64,000 nt of DNA from an uncultured Methanosarcinales archaeon (GTDB taxonomy: Archaea > Nanobdellota > Nanobdellia > Woesearchaeales > JACPBV01). Every line of letters begins with the position of its first letter. Within the stretch, counting starts at the first letter, position 1. The translations under genes and the position numbers were made by a program. Location of the stretch: assembly GCA_964577685.1 (NCBI GenBank), contig CAZNZT010000005.1:4185-68184 (forward strand). Direction: 5' to 3'. The notes beneath the pieces were generated by a model. That model worked only from the letters and a program-made list of their open reading frames with translations, was not told the origin of the DNA and made no database searches. Positions 37,987 through 48,820 of the stretch are shown in pieces.

Positions 37987-39195
37987 ATGATAAGAAAAAC
38001 ATTCAAGAATGGATTAAAGGTCATTATAGAGAAAAAACCAGTAGAAACTGTTACAATACATGTTAGTGTTAATGTTGGGTCTAACAATGAGACACCAGAT
38101 AATAATGGTATATCACACTTTGTAGAACATATGCTTTTTGAAGGCACAAAAAAAAGACCAGATGCTAGGGTCATATCAAATGAAATTGAAAGTATTGGTG
38201 GGGAGCTTAATGCTTATACTTCCAATGAGCGTACTTGTTTTTATGTTAGGGTTCCAAAAAACCATTTCAATAGGGGGATAGATATAATATCGGATATTAT
38301 ACAAAATCCAATATTTGATAATAGAAAAATAGAAAAGGAAAGGAAAATAGTTCTAAAGGAAATAAAATTGCATATGGATGAACCACGCTTTTACCAGTGG
38401 ATATTATTCCAAAGCACATTATTTGAAAAACTACCAGCAAGAATGCCTGTGTATGGTACAGTAAATAATGTAAAATCCATAACAAAAAAAGAATTACTGG
38501 ACTATTACGATAAGTACTATTTACCGAATAATATGGTAATCTCTATTGTTGGAAAAGTAGGAAATATAGTAGGTATTGTAGAAGAGAAATTCAAATATTT
38601 CAAAAAGAAAAAATTAATAGAAAATAGGTTAATAAAAGAGCCAAAACAGAAGAAAGTTATAAAAAGAGAGAAACGGAAGATTTTTAGTTCTTATTTGGTC
38701 CTAGGATATAAAACAGTACCAAGAACAAACAGAGATTCTTATGTCCTGGATATAATAAAGGCTATTCTTGGAAGAGGCCAATCTGGGAAAATATTCGATG
38801 AAATTAGAAATAAGAAAGGTTTGGCTTACGAGGTTGGGGTCCACCACGAAGTTTGTTCTCGCTATGGTTTTTTTGCTGTTTATTTGAATACAGACAAAAG
38901 AAACATCAAAGAAGTCGTCAGAATAATAACAAATGAATTCAAAAAATTGGAGAATATTACAGATAAAGAAATAAAAGAAGCTAAAGGATTCCTCATAGGC
39001 CAACACATCTTAAAAAATGAAGACACAAAAGAAAGGGCTGATGAGCTAGGGTTTTGGGAAGGTATAAAAGATGCGAGATTATCTGATGAGTATATAAGAA
39101 AGATAAAAGAAATAAAAGTTAATGATATAAAAAGGATAGCAAAGAAATATTTAACAGAAAAATATGTTCTTACAATAATAGAACAAGAAAAATAG
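37987..39195 (+). CDS. M16 (pitrilysin-like) zinc peptidase
   Basis: GISHFVEHMLFEG, NAYTS and IRNKKGLAY motifs; SD AGGAG at 37971. Confidence 0.92.
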   Translation: MIRKTFKNGLKVIIEKKPVETVTIHVSVNVGSNNETPDNNGISHFVEHMLFEGTKKRPDARVISNEIESIGGELNAYTSNERTCFYVRVPKNHFNRGIDIISDIIQNPIFDNRKIEKERKIVLKEIKLHMDEPRFYQWILFQSTLFEKLPARMPVYGTVNNVKSITKKELLDYYDKYYLPNNMVISIVGKVGNIVGIVEEKFKYFKKKKLIENRLIKEPKQKKVIKREKRKIFSSYLVLGYKTVPRTNRDSYVLDIIKAILGRGQSGKIFDEIRNKKGLAYEVGVHHEVCSRYGFFAVYLNTDKRNIKEVVRIITNEFKKLENITDKEIKEAKGFLIGQHILKNEDTKERADELGFWEGIKDARLSDEYIRKIKEIKVNDIKRIAKKYLTEKYVLTIIEQEK

Positions 39196-39240
39196 AATAA
39201 AAAATACAGTTAATATTTTAAAAATTTTTATTTGGGAAGA

Positions 39241-40314
39241 CTATCGTGTAATTTCAAAAGCGTTTATTTTATCCAACAGCTCTCTTGGTTTTCCTTTCTC
39301 AAAATGTTTTCTTATTGGTTCAATAAGTTTGTTAATATAAAAAGAAACAGCATTCTTTAGATCCATTGGATGCAATTCTCCTGTTGAATAAACTTTTACC
39401 AATTCGTCAAAATTGTGGAGAAGAATATCTCCACCAAATTTTTTAGGTCTTTCTATTTTTATCTCCTTAAATTTCTCAAACAAGATATACTTACAATACT
39501 CAATTACTGGATTTTCTTTGATTTCTTTTTCGGGGCAGTATGCTTTATTTATCTTTCTTTTAATGTCTTCTTCAGAATCAGTCATAAATATAGCAGTATC
39601 TGGCTTTGATTTTGACATTTTCATTTCTATTCCCCTTTCAACACCGCTTAATCCTGATTTCGGTGGCTTACCTAACCCCATAAGCATATGGTGATGGACA
39701 GCTATAGGTTTAGAAAAACCTAGTTTTGGTGCTATTTCTCTGGCAAGGACATTAACCTTTCTTTGGTCAAGGCCTAACTGTGCAATATCAACTTCTAAAT
39801 GAAATATATCCGCTGCTTGCATACAAGGATAAAGTATCTGTGAAGCCTGTAAGGTCTCTTTTTCACTTCTACCCATAATTTGACTACATCTTATTATTCT
39901 ATTTATGGTATTGTTTCTTGCTACCTGCATGACCTTCATCCAATACGATTCCTCCCTAACTAAATCTGAGGCCCATATAATTTCAACCTTTGAGAAATCA
40001 ACTCCTGCTGCCTTCCATACCTCCATAAAATAATCTCCAGCCGTTTTTATGTTATCAAGGTTACCACCAAGTTTATTATTTGCCCATGCATGCCAATCTG
40101 CTATGAGGATTTTAAACTTGCATCCTGCATTTATCATCTTATTAATGTTTATTGACCTGAGAATCCCCTGAGCAATGTGAATCTTTCCAGATGGTTCAAA
40201 TCCATCATAAGCTATGGGTTGTCTCTTATTTTCTAGAAGCAATTCTAGCTCTTCTTTTGTTATGATTTCTTCACCTACCTCTTCTATTAAACAAAGTCTT
40301 TTTTTTACATCCAT
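39241..40314 (-). CDS. tyrS: Tyrosyl-tRNA synthetase (archaeal type)
   Basis: YDGFEPSG.IHIAQ, YPCMQAAD, GLDQRK and KMSKS motifs. Confidence 0.95.
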   Translation of the reverse strand: MDVKKRLCLIEEVGEEIITKEELELLLENKRQPIAYDGFEPSGKIHIAQGILRSININKMINAGCKFKILIADWHAWANNKLGGNLDNIKTAGDYFMEVWKAAGVDFSKVEIIWASDLVREESYWMKVMQVARNNTINRIIRCSQIMGRSEKETLQASQILYPCMQAADIFHLEVDIAQLGLDQRKVNVLAREIAPKLGFSKPIAVHHHMLMGLGKPPKSGLSGVERGIEMKMSKSKPDTAIFMTDSEEDIKRKINKAYCPEKEIKENPVIEYCKYILFEKFKEIKIERPKKFGGDILLHNFDELVKVYSTGELHPMDLKNAVSFYINKLIEPIRKHFEKGKPRELLDKINAFEITR

Positions 40315-40402
40315 ATTTTCTGAGTAAGATATTTAGATATTTAAAAGCTTTATGAAAATTGAAAGAAAAAAATATATAAACTAGGATCAGTTATTTAGAA
40401 TA

Positions 40403-41263
40403 ATGCTATCTGTAACATCATTATCTACTTATGCGTATTGTAAAAGGAAGCTTTATCTCCAGTATGTTTTAGGAATAAAAGAACCACCAAGCAAGGTAAT
40501 AATTAAAGGAAGTTTGTGTCATAAAGTGTATGAAAAGATAAATAAAATCGACAAGGAATTAGTAATCAATATAAAGAAGGGGGCTACCTTATCTGAGATA
40601 AAAGAAAAATACAATAAAGGTTATATAGGGATTTTAACAAGTATTATTAAAGATTACAAAGCAAAATTAGAAAGTCTAAAAATAGAGCCAGTTGATATTC
40701 TTAGGTATTTATTTCCATTAATAGTTTATGAATCAGAAATAAGGGCAAAGATAGTATATGATTTTATTAAAAAGTACAATATATATGGGGAGGAGCTTTG
40801 GCTTAGGCTAACTCCAAAAATAAAGTCAGAAATGAAGATAGAGTCAGGTGTATTAGGATTGAGAGGTGTAATTGACCAAATAAGAATCTATGATGAGAGG
40901 ATTGTGCCAGTAGAGATAAAAACAGGAAAATGTCCAAAGGAAGGTGTTTGGCCTTCCCATAAGATACAGCTTATTGCTTATGCATTGTTGTTAGAAGAAG
41001 AGCTAAAATTAAAGGTAAACGAGGGGTGGGTCTATTATATAGATGAAAAAGAAAAAAGACAAATTCCTATAAACCCATTTATGAAATTAGAGATAGTTGA
41101 ATTAATAAAGAAAGCAAAGGAAACTATAACCTCTGACACCATTCCAGGTTTTGAAAAAAATCAGAATAAGTGTGTGGCTTGTGGTTTGAAAGAGATATGC
41201 TATGATGAAAAAAAGCTAGATGAATTGATAGAAGAAAGAAAAAATCAAAAACAGGTTCTGTAA
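40403..41263 (+). CDS. cas4: Stand-alone Cas4-like PD-(D/E)xK nuclease
   Basis: YCKRK; GVID; VEIKTG; QLIAYA; C-terminal CxxC.....C Fe-S cysteines. Confidence 0.8.
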   Translation: MLSVTSLSTYAYCKRKLYLQYVLGIKEPPSKVIIKGSLCHKVYEKINKIDKELVINIKKGATLSEIKEKYNKGYIGILTSIIKDYKAKLESLKIEPVDILRYLFPLIVYESEIRAKIVYDFIKKYNIYGEELWLRLTPKIKSEMKIESGVLGLRGVIDQIRIYDERIVPVEIKTGKCPKEGVWPSHKIQLIAYALLLEEELKLKVNEGWVYYIDEKEKRQIPINPFMKLEIVELIKKAKETITSDTIPGFEKNQNKCVACGLKEICYDEKKLDELIEERKNQKQVL

Positions 41264-41403
41264 ATTTAGTTTTTTGGGTTTATGAATGTGTTTCTTTAGT
41301 TGCAAGACCTATGCCTGTTTTAAAAATAAGACTAATAAAGAGAAGATTTCAAAAGTAAAAAAACAAGAAAACTTTTAAAGCCTTCCTTATTTATATTAAG
41401 AAT

Positions 41404-42036
41404 ATGAAAAAGAAAAAACCTAATCCAGAAGAGGGGTTATCTAAGGAAGTAAAAAAAGCGTACGATAACGGTGGAATACAATGGGACGACCAGTTTGGGG
41501 GATTTGTATTTCCTGATTTGAATGGATTATTTCATAAAGCAACAGAAGCATATGAGGGGGGAAGACTGGATGAAGCAGAGCATATGTTAAAAAGGATTCT
41601 GGGTTGTAACGACCAGATTCCTGATGTCCATTATAATCTTGGCATTCTTTATAGAGATAGGGGACAGTTTGATTTGTCTATACAACATTTTAGGAGAGCC
41701 ATAGAATTAAAACCTGATGATGCGGCCATATACTGTGAACTAGCTACAGCATTATATCAAAATGGAATGAAAGAAGATGCAAAACAAAATCTAGAACAAG
41801 CTATTAGAATTGACCAGTCTTATGCACTGGCCTATGCTAATCTTGGTGTTTGGTATCTAAAAGAAGTAGAGGGGCCTGAATTCGAATTAAGAAAATCAAA
41901 GGGGCCTACCTACATTGATGATTGTCTTGAAAAGGCGCAGAAGTACTTTGAAAAAGCATTGAATTTAGACCCTGAATGTATTACAGCAAGAAAAGGTTTA
42001 ATACGAATAGGGGCAAGGCGTAGTGCGTTCAGATAA
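41404..42036 (+). CDS. TPR-repeat protein
   Basis: Several TPR consensus units (HYNLGILY...G, AYANLG). Confidence 0.85.
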   Translation: MKKKKPNPEEGLSKEVKKAYDNGGIQWDDQFGGFVFPDLNGLFHKATEAYEGGRLDEAEHMLKRILGCNDQIPDVHYNLGILYRDRGQFDLSIQHFRRAIELKPDDAAIYCELATALYQNGMKEDAKQNLEQAIRIDQSYALAYANLGVWYLKEVEGPEFELRKSKGPTYIDDCLEKAQKYFEKALNLDPECITARKGLIRIGARRSAFR

Positions 42037-42239
42037 ACTATTTTTATTAGAATCTCGTCCCTTAAGGCTTTTAATGGTTTAATTTTCTTTTTCATACTGT
42101 TCAAATATATAAATATCTTCAGAATGGCTTCGTTAAATTCCGTACTGCATTGATAAAAAGTTTATAAAATCAAAAAACAAAAAGTTTATATATTACTTAA
42201 CCTATCACTAATACAAGATATTAGGTAAGAGTGGTTTTT

Positions 42240-42503
42240 ATGGCTGGGGATGAAAAGAAATTTTCAAAGCAATTGATAGGTAAGACAGTCGTTTCTAAAA
42301 CAGGAAAGCGTTTTGGAGAAGTAGGTGATATCATATTCGAGACAAGATCTGGTGAATTGATTCATATGATGCTTAAAAATCCCACATCTTATGCTGAAAA
42401 ACTAGAGCTTGAAAAGGACAAAGAAGGAAATATATTAATACCATTTTCTGCTGTGATAGCTATAGGGGATTTCATGGTTATTGCAGAAGAAGACATAATA
42501 TAA
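42240..42503 (+). CDS. PRC-barrel domain protein (CdpB-like)
   Basis: LIGKTVVS..G...G.V.DI.F....G.L and IPFSAVIAIGDF motifs. Confidence 0.85.
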   Translation: MAGDEKKFSKQLIGKTVVSKTGKRFGEVGDIIFETRSGELIHMMLKNPTSYAEKLELEKDKEGNILIPFSAVIAIGDFMVIAEEDII

Positions 42504-42538
42504 AAAGATTTTTAAACTAGCTATCTTTCTATATTCTT

Positions 42539-43504
42539 ATGCCAGAAAAAGAAGAGCATGCTATTTGGATAGAAAAATATAGGCCAAAGGATTTTTCAGA
42601 GATTAAAGGACAGAAAGAAATAGTGAAGAGGGTTAAAGCATTTGTTGAACAAAAAAACATGCCACACCAATTATATGCTGGTCCAGCTGGGGTTGGAAAA
42701 TCAACATTGGCCATAGTAGTAGCAAAAAAGTTGTTTGGAAGTGGCTGGAGAGAGAATTTCTTGGAACTAAATGCAAGCGACTCAAGGGGAATAGATACAA
42801 TCAGGGTAAACGTAAAAGATTTTGCAAGAACAAGAGCTATTGGCAATGTTCCTTTTAAGATCATATTCCTTGATGAGTGCGATGCTCTGACAAGAGAGGC
42901 TCAACAGGCCTTAAGAAGGATAATGGAGAATTATACAACAACCTGTAGGTTTATTTTAAGCTGTAATTATTCTAGTAAGATTATAGACCCTATACAATCA
43001 AGATGTGCTATTTTCAGATTTAAGCCGTTAGAAAAAAAGGATTTGGTACAAATAATAGACAGGATAGCAAAAGAAGAAAAGCTCAAAATAAGCGATAAGG
43101 CAAAAGATGCATTAGTGGATATATCAGATGGTGATTGTAGGAGATTAGAAAATATAATGCAAAGTTGTGCAGCTATAAGCAAAAATATTACGGAAGAGCT
43201 CGTTTATAGCTTAGCTTCTGTTGCAAAGCCAAAGGAAGTAAAAGAGATATTAGAATTAGCTATAAATAATAGGTTCATAGAAGCAAGGAATAAATTGCTT
43301 GATCTCATGCTTAATTATGGATTATCTGGTCTTGATATAATAAAACAGATACAAAAACAAGTCATAGAGCTTGATGTAGATAATAGAGAGAAAATGAATC
43401 TAATTGAAAAGTGTGGAGAAATAGAGTTTAGAATGACAGAGGGTTCTGATGAGTTTATTCAATTAGAAGCATTACTAGCCAAATTTGCTCTGGTAAAAAA
43501 ATAA
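42539..43504 (+). CDS. rfcS: Replication factor C small subunit
   Basis: WIEKYRP, GPAGVGKS, ELNASD.RG, DECDAL and IQSRC motifs; no intein. Confidence 0.96.
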   Translation: MPEKEEHAIWIEKYRPKDFSEIKGQKEIVKRVKAFVEQKNMPHQLYAGPAGVGKSTLAIVVAKKLFGSGWRENFLELNASDSRGIDTIRVNVKDFARTRAIGNVPFKIIFLDECDALTREAQQALRRIMENYTTTCRFILSCNYSSKIIDPIQSRCAIFRFKPLEKKDLVQIIDRIAKEEKLKISDKAKDALVDISDGDCRRLENIMQSCAAISKNITEELVYSLASVAKPKEVKEILELAINNRFIEARNKLLDLMLNYGLSGLDIIKQIQKQVIELDVDNREKMNLIEKCGEIEFRMTEGSDEFIQLEALLAKFALVKK

Positions 43505-43530
43505 TAAAAAAATAAAATTTAAAACAAAAT

Positions 43531-44460
43531 TTAGGTTGTGTGTTTTACTAGAACGCTAACTTCTTTATGTGTCTTATAATCATATATTACCTTGATATGA
43601 ACCTTCTTCTCAAAATCTCTTCCATTCACTTCTGGTGCAGATGTATCTTGGGTACATCTTACCAGCCTCTTGCCGCCATAGAGAGTAATATATCCTGATG
43701 TTTTAGTCCCATCTGACAATCCAGAACATTCAAGCCCAGGCAACCCTGACTCTACTTCTACCCAAACCTTATCTTTTTCTGGAATCTCATCAGAACAACC
43801 ACTATCTTTCTTTGATATCGCTCCAGAACCCCTATGTACTATCTCAAATGAGAATGTTATTTTATCTGTTCCTGCTACGCTTTCTTGGAAATTTTCTATT
43901 TGAATTGGTGCTGATGAGGAATAAACTGTTTTTCTCTCATTGACAACGCAAACTTTATCATTTGTTTCTGTTAAATCATCTAATATACATAAGTCAGCTT
44001 CTGCTATTGTTCCGTAAAGATAACAAAGGTCTGCTCTTATTGTATATCTATTGTTAGCTGATAGATTAGATTTAAAGTTAAATCCTGGGAAATTAACATA
44101 TGTTATTGTCCCGGGGATTATGTTTCCCTCTGAATCTATATAAGATTTCTTCAAGTCTTCATCTGGGTTCTTTGTTGTATTTGGATTACCGAAGTCAGGT
44201 GGGTAGAACCCTACAAGATTTATCTTTAGCTTCTCTTTTGGAACATCATATTCCCCTTTATTCTCCAGGTTTAAGGTGACTTCGAATGGATAATTCCCAC
44301 CATCATAGACTTCCGATGGAGGACTACCTTCTAAAAAGTTAAACTCTATTGACTCTGTACCTCCGACAAATGGTCTTTGTGTTGTTGTTTCCTCTGTACC
44401 TTGTTTACAACCAACAACGAGAAGCAATAGTCCTAAAAAAACAATTGTTTTTTTATTCAT
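43531..44460 (-). CDS. Uncharacterised lipoprotein (paralog family A)
   Basis: Lipobox LVVGC; GGTESIEFNF..SPP, ENKG, CY.Y.T.A...CI and SAPIQI motifs. Confidence 0.7.
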   Translation of the reverse strand: MNKKTIVFLGLLLLVVGCKQGTEETTTQRPFVGGTESIEFNFLEGSPPSEVYDGGNYPFEVTLNLENKGEYDVPKEKLKINLVGFYPPDFGNPNTTKNPDEDLKKSYIDSEGNIIPGTITYVNFPGFNFKSNLSANNRYTIRADLCYLYGTIAEADLCILDDLTETNDKVCVVNERKTVYSSSAPIQIENFQESVAGTDKITFSFEIVHRGSGAISKKDSGCSDEIPEKDKVWVEVESGLPGLECSGLSDGTKTSGYITLYGGKRLVRCTQDTSAPEVNGRDFEKKVHIKVIYDYKTHKEVSVLVKHTT

Positions 44461-44489
44461 CTTTATATAACCTCCTTTCACTTAAATAT

Positions 44490-45464
44490 TTAATCGAATG
44501 AAACTTCCTCAAAAATTTCTATTTCCCTCTCTATTGAATTAGCATAACCATATGACAATATTATGTTTATGGGTGTTTGATATGCCTCGTTTGGTAAATT
44601 GTCTTTATTTATTCTACAGAATATATACCCCTCACCGTTTATTAGATTTACCTCACTGCCAATCCTAGGCCTACATTCTGTCATTGGTATATTCCCAAGG
44701 GTTACTTCATCCAAGAATACTTTGTTCAAATCCCTCCAATCGTATCCTTTGTTTGGGTTTTTATCTATTTCATAATCAGGTATTACTATACCATTACCCA
44801 TATTTCTTATGAAAATCTTAAACAGGATATTATCTGATGTCACATCTTGCTCTATCTTGGTTACCGCTATAGGTGCTCCTTGACTCCCTGGGCTTACTGA
44901 TTCATCCATATCACAGACTTTTTCCCTTATTCTTGTGCTTCTTGGTTCTGGGTCAACGCATATCATCGGGCTGGCAATGGTTTGGTATTTGTATGTAGCT
45001 GTTACTATAATCTTTGGTCTGTAAAAAGGCATTCCTTGAGGTAAATCCATTACACTCATCTCAAACTCAACAGCAGAGTAGCCTCCTTGAGGATTATAAG
45101 AAGTTTTCCCCTCTAGTTCATCATTTTTTAATTGAATTCCTCCTCCACCAATTGGTGTTGAATCTTTAGGCAATATTTCCAATATATTGTTATCAAACCC
45201 GCCTATCCAGAGATATGCCTCAAAATTTTCTATTTCGTCTGGTTGCGGGAATGCTCCTTTATTTCTTACCTCCACAATAAAACTCACAGAGTTATCATGT
45301 TCATATATCTTTGTGGGTGTGTCTGCTGGAAAGTTCAAAACTAGTCCCTGTGTTCCTGTTCTATAGCTAATCTCCCGTGGTTCTTGTTTTTTTGTTCTGT
45401 TACAACCAAGACTAGTTAGAAGAAAAACTATTAGAATAAAAATCAAAAACTCCTTTTTACGCAT
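44490..45464 (-). CDS. Uncharacterised lipoprotein (paralog family A)
   Basis: Lipobox SLGC; GTQGLVLNF, RNKG, ICVDP and SQGAPIAVTKIE motifs. Confidence 0.7.
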   Translation of the reverse strand: MRKKEFLIFILIVFLLTSLGCNRTKKQEPREISYRTGTQGLVLNFPADTPTKIYEHDNSVSFIVEVRNKGAFPQPDEIENFEAYLWIGGFDNNILEILPKDSTPIGGGGIQLKNDELEGKTSYNPQGGYSAVEFEMSVMDLPQGMPFYRPKIIVTATYKYQTIASPMICVDPEPRSTRIREKVCDMDESVSPGSQGAPIAVTKIEQDVTSDNILFKIFIRNMGNGIVIPDYEIDKNPNKGYDWRDLNKVFLDEVTLGNIPMTECRPRIGSEVNLINGEGYIFCRINKDNLPNEAYQTPINIILSYGYANSIEREIEIFEEVSFD

Positions 45465-45551
45465 TCTTAATCACTCTTGAATATTAACTCTTGGTATATG
45501 ATTATATAAACTTTTCGATTTTTTGATTTTTATGATATATTCATAAAAATA

Positions 45552-46559
45552 TCATATTTTTGTTATTTTTATGCTTCTTAATGTTTTATCTTTATATGCA
45601 TATTCAAGTGTAACTACCAATGGAGAAGAGAATGTTTGAGTTTCTGAGCTATAGCCTACTTCAGATTCACATAGTATTGTACCTTTATTATCTTTGAGAG
45701 TTATAATTCCATTATTCTCGCATTTAAGTGGTTTGCCTCTTAAGGATGCCTCAATCTTAATTTTGTCCCATTCATTTGTATTGGGAGTTGTACTGCATTC
45801 TCTCTCTAGGGTTTCTTCATCAGTACTATAACTAACTACCCTGCCTGTTCCTTTATTAGCTATATAAACAATAAATCTTGGTTTCATAAGCTCTTTATTC
45901 TTTTGGTCTGGGACCATTGTTGTCTCTATCTTAGTTACTGCTATAGGTGCTCCTTGACTATCCAATACTATTGGCCTTATATTACAAGGTTTATTTTTTA
46001 TTTTAATGCCATATGGATCGGGGTCTATACATGCAGTAGCTATTGCCCTTGTCTTGTAACCATAACAATAGTTTACAATTATTTGTGCATTTTTTGTTTT
46101 TACAATATCATCTATTGTTGAATCTACTGTGAAGGTTATTATACTATAATCCCCGTCTGGATTTTCTATGCTTTTACCTTCAAGGGCTATCCTAAATTTT
46201 TTTTCGTCTAGGGTTTCTATATCCTCACCTTTAATTGAAGTGAGAGAACCTTTATTGATTTTAATTTCTATAGGTTTAATGGTGATATAAGCCATAGATG
46301 GAACTAAGAGGTTATTTTCTGCATCATTTACACCAACATAACAAGCACCCTTATTTGATATTTTGAAGGCGATTGGTAAGAATTTATTCTCAATAGAATT
46401 ATCGGGGGGTGTATCTTTTATGAACTCTACGATGATTCCTTGTGTTCCCTTGTAGATGTCTTCTGTTGTGAATGATGGTCCATGTTCCCTCTCTTTAGTT
46501 TTACCACAACTCATAACAAAGAATAATAAAAAAACCAAGATTAACTTTTTGTAATTCAT
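45552..46559 (-). CDS. Uncharacterised lipoprotein (paralog family A)
   Basis: Lipobox VMSC; GTQGIIVEF, SNKG, ACIDP and SQGAPIAVTKIE motifs. Confidence 0.7.
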   Translation of the reverse strand: MNYKKLILVFLLFFVMSCGKTKEREHGPSFTTEDIYKGTQGIIVEFIKDTPPDNSIENKFLPIAFKISNKGACYVGVNDAENNLLVPSMAYITIKPIEIKINKGSLTSIKGEDIETLDEKKFRIALEGKSIENPDGDYSIITFTVDSTIDDIVKTKNAQIIVNYCYGYKTRAIATACIDPDPYGIKIKNKPCNIRPIVLDSQGAPIAVTKIETTMVPDQKNKELMKPRFIVYIANKGTGRVVSYSTDEETLERECSTTPNTNEWDKIKIEASLRGKPLKCENNGIITLKDNKGTILCESEVGYSSETQTFSSPLVVTLEYAYKDKTLRSIKITKI

Positions 46560-46569
46560 TTTTATATGT

Positions 46570-48795
46570 TCACGGCATCGTTGGCCATAGCGATGGTTCT
46601 TTATTGGAAGTTCCGTTTGAGGTATTTTTTGTATCTTCCATTGGTTCTGGTGTTGTTTGTGGTGAGGTTGGTTTTGTTAGATTCTTTGGTGTTGTATTAG
46701 CAAGGTTCATTGTCCCATTTTGTTGATTTTTTGATTTCAATATAATTAAGGATGTTGACCTATCAATTTGATATACATAATCTATCCTGATTTCATATTT
46801 ATGTGCCATTTTCTCTAATACGCTCTCAATGTTCTCTTTTCTTATTATTATTGGACATTCCCAGGTTTTATATGTATCTATTGGAAGCTCAATTTTGTCT
46901 ATTGCTTCTTTTTTTAAGATATAGGTTTCATTTTCTATCATGAAGTCTCCCCTACAGTTATCCTTCAGTTCTATACCTTCTGGAAGTTTTATTTGAAGTT
47001 TATTTATCTTTATTACTTCTCCTATCCATTTTGGTTTCATTGTTAATCCTATGCGACTAAATCCATTTTTATCTTTTGAGAGACCTATTGGCGGACTTGG
47101 TGTTCCGATTCCTAATTCTATTGGTCCAGGATCATATTCAGCTCTCGGGTTTCTATCTGTAATTCCTGCCTCTTTTAATGGATCTATGTTTCTTTTTCTT
47201 AGAGACCTCATCCTATCTAGGTCCATAAAATAAGTCATTATTGATGCAGAGGTTTCATAGTTAAATTTCACATTTAATGTAATTTTGTTTACTCCTGTTT
47301 TTAATTTTCCTTTTTCAAATATGCAGTCAAAGGGTATCTCTTCATATTGATATACCTCATATCCTTGCTCATTGCTTAGGTCTTCCCTTGTTATTTTTCC
47401 CTTGACATCATCAGCACTACAACTTACTGTAAGCCTTATTGGTTTGTTTAGGGCTTTTGCTTTTATTGTACCCCATAATACAACATCTTCATCTTGGTAG
47501 AAGGTTTTAGTCATTGGCTCAAACTCTGTTATATAAACACCATAAGTGGTGGTTTCGCCTGTATCCTTTTCCCTCCCTGTATAATAACCACCTGTTGCTT
47601 CATCAAGGCTTCTGATAAATGTTTTTTTAATTCCGATGGGTATTTCCTTAATTCTGGTTAAAAGATTATTAAAAAAACTTGATGCTTCATCTATCTCTTC
47701 TGGGCTTGCTTCCATTTGCGTCCTGATGGAACTCCACCCATAAGTCCCTCCCAAGAAGACAAGAATATAGGCTGATACTATTATAATGCCTAAAACCTGA
47801 GCAGATTTTATTCCCTTATATGCTCCATAAAAAACTACAAACAAGGGCCATACTGGAAATATGAATCTATTTACCAGTGAAAGAGATGGTACATATGTTC
47901 GGAGTATATTAAAGAAAAAGAAATCTATTATAAGCAATATACTTATGATGTAGTTTGATGTTTCTAAGTTATTGGTGGGGTTTACAAGGAATAACCATAT
48001 CATCATAGCAATAACTAAGTGTAGAACACTTGCAAAATCAGTACCGCCCATTGAAAGTATTGTTGATACTGTTACTATAAGAAGAACCCATGAAAAAAAA
48101 AGAGTATTGTTTTCTAACTTTGATGCAACAATGAACATAGAAACAAGAAGGGCTATTACTGGTAGAGACATGCTAAATAAGGTGTAGCCTAGAGACAGTC
48201 TTGTTGAAAGAATATTAGCTACTAACAACGAAACAAAGACAACAACAAGATAATATGCCAACTTATGCTCCTCTATAGAAAGGAATAAAAGAAGAATGAG
48301 GAATATTACAAGGCTGTATATAGGAAATAATATCCGAAGTAACATTAAAAGGTTACCAGATTTGATTAAATCAAAAAAAACTCTAAAATCTAAACCTCCA
48401 AAATGTAAATAAAATAAATCTATAAAATAAAAAAAGAGAGTTATAATAAAAAAAATCAAAAAAATCAAAAATGAAGGCGTAGCATTTTTTTCTTTTGATT
48501 TTGTAAGATTGCTTGTAACTCCAAGACCAGTACCAATACCTAATCCAGCACCTGTTGCTATTTTGGCTATTCCTTTTTTAGTAGGTTGTTCATTACTTAC
48601 TTCGTTTGATTCATCTTTTTTTGGTTCACTAGCTTCATCTTCCCCTCTAGTGTGTGGTTCATTACTTGCTTCGTTTCTTGCATCAATACTTTCCGAACCC
48701 ATAGGTGGAAGTCCTCCCTCAAATTGTTTGTCTAGAATTTCCCTAATCCTTTCAATAATTTTTTTATAGTCGGAAACATCTTCTCCGGTAGCCAT
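46570..48795 (-). CDS. Polytopic membrane protein with a large extracellular family-A-like domain
   Basis: Multiple TM helices, then a soluble domain (FNYETSAS, PGPIELGI) and a Thr/Pro/Asn tail. Confidence 0.7.
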   Translation of the reverse strand: MATGEDVSDYKKIIERIREILDKQFEGGLPPMGSESIDARNEASNEPHTRGEDEASEPKKDESNEVSNEQPTKKGIAKIATGAGLGIGTGLGVTSNLTKSKEKNATPSFLIFLIFFIITLFFYFIDLFYLHFGGLDFRVFFDLIKSGNLLMLLRILFPIYSLVIFLILLLFLSIEEHKLAYYLVVVFVSLLVANILSTRLSLGYTLFSMSLPVIALLVSMFIVASKLENNTLFFSWVLLIVTVSTILSMGGTDFASVLHLVIAMMIWLFLVNPTNNLETSNYIISILLIIDFFFFNILRTYVPSLSLVNRFIFPVWPLFVVFYGAYKGIKSAQVLGIIIVSAYILVFLGGTYGWSSIRTQMEASPEEIDEASSFFNNLLTRIKEIPIGIKKTFIRSLDEATGGYYTGREKDTGETTTYGVYITEFEPMTKTFYQDEDVVLWGTIKAKALNKPIRLTVSCSADDVKGKITREDLSNEQGYEVYQYEEIPFDCIFEKGKLKTGVNKITLNVKFNYETSASIMTYFMDLDRMRSLRKRNIDPLKEAGITDRNPRAEYDPGPIELGIGTPSPPIGLSKDKNGFSRIGLTMKPKWIGEVIKINKLQIKLPEGIELKDNCRGDFMIENETYILKKEAIDKIELPIDTYKTWECPIIIRKENIESVLEKMAHKYEIRIDYVYQIDRSTSLIILKSKNQQNGTMNLANTTPKNLTKPTSPQTTPEPMEDTKNTSNGTSNKEPSLWPTMP

Positions 48796-48820
48796 TTTAG
48801 AGTAAAAATTTGGGCTTGAG

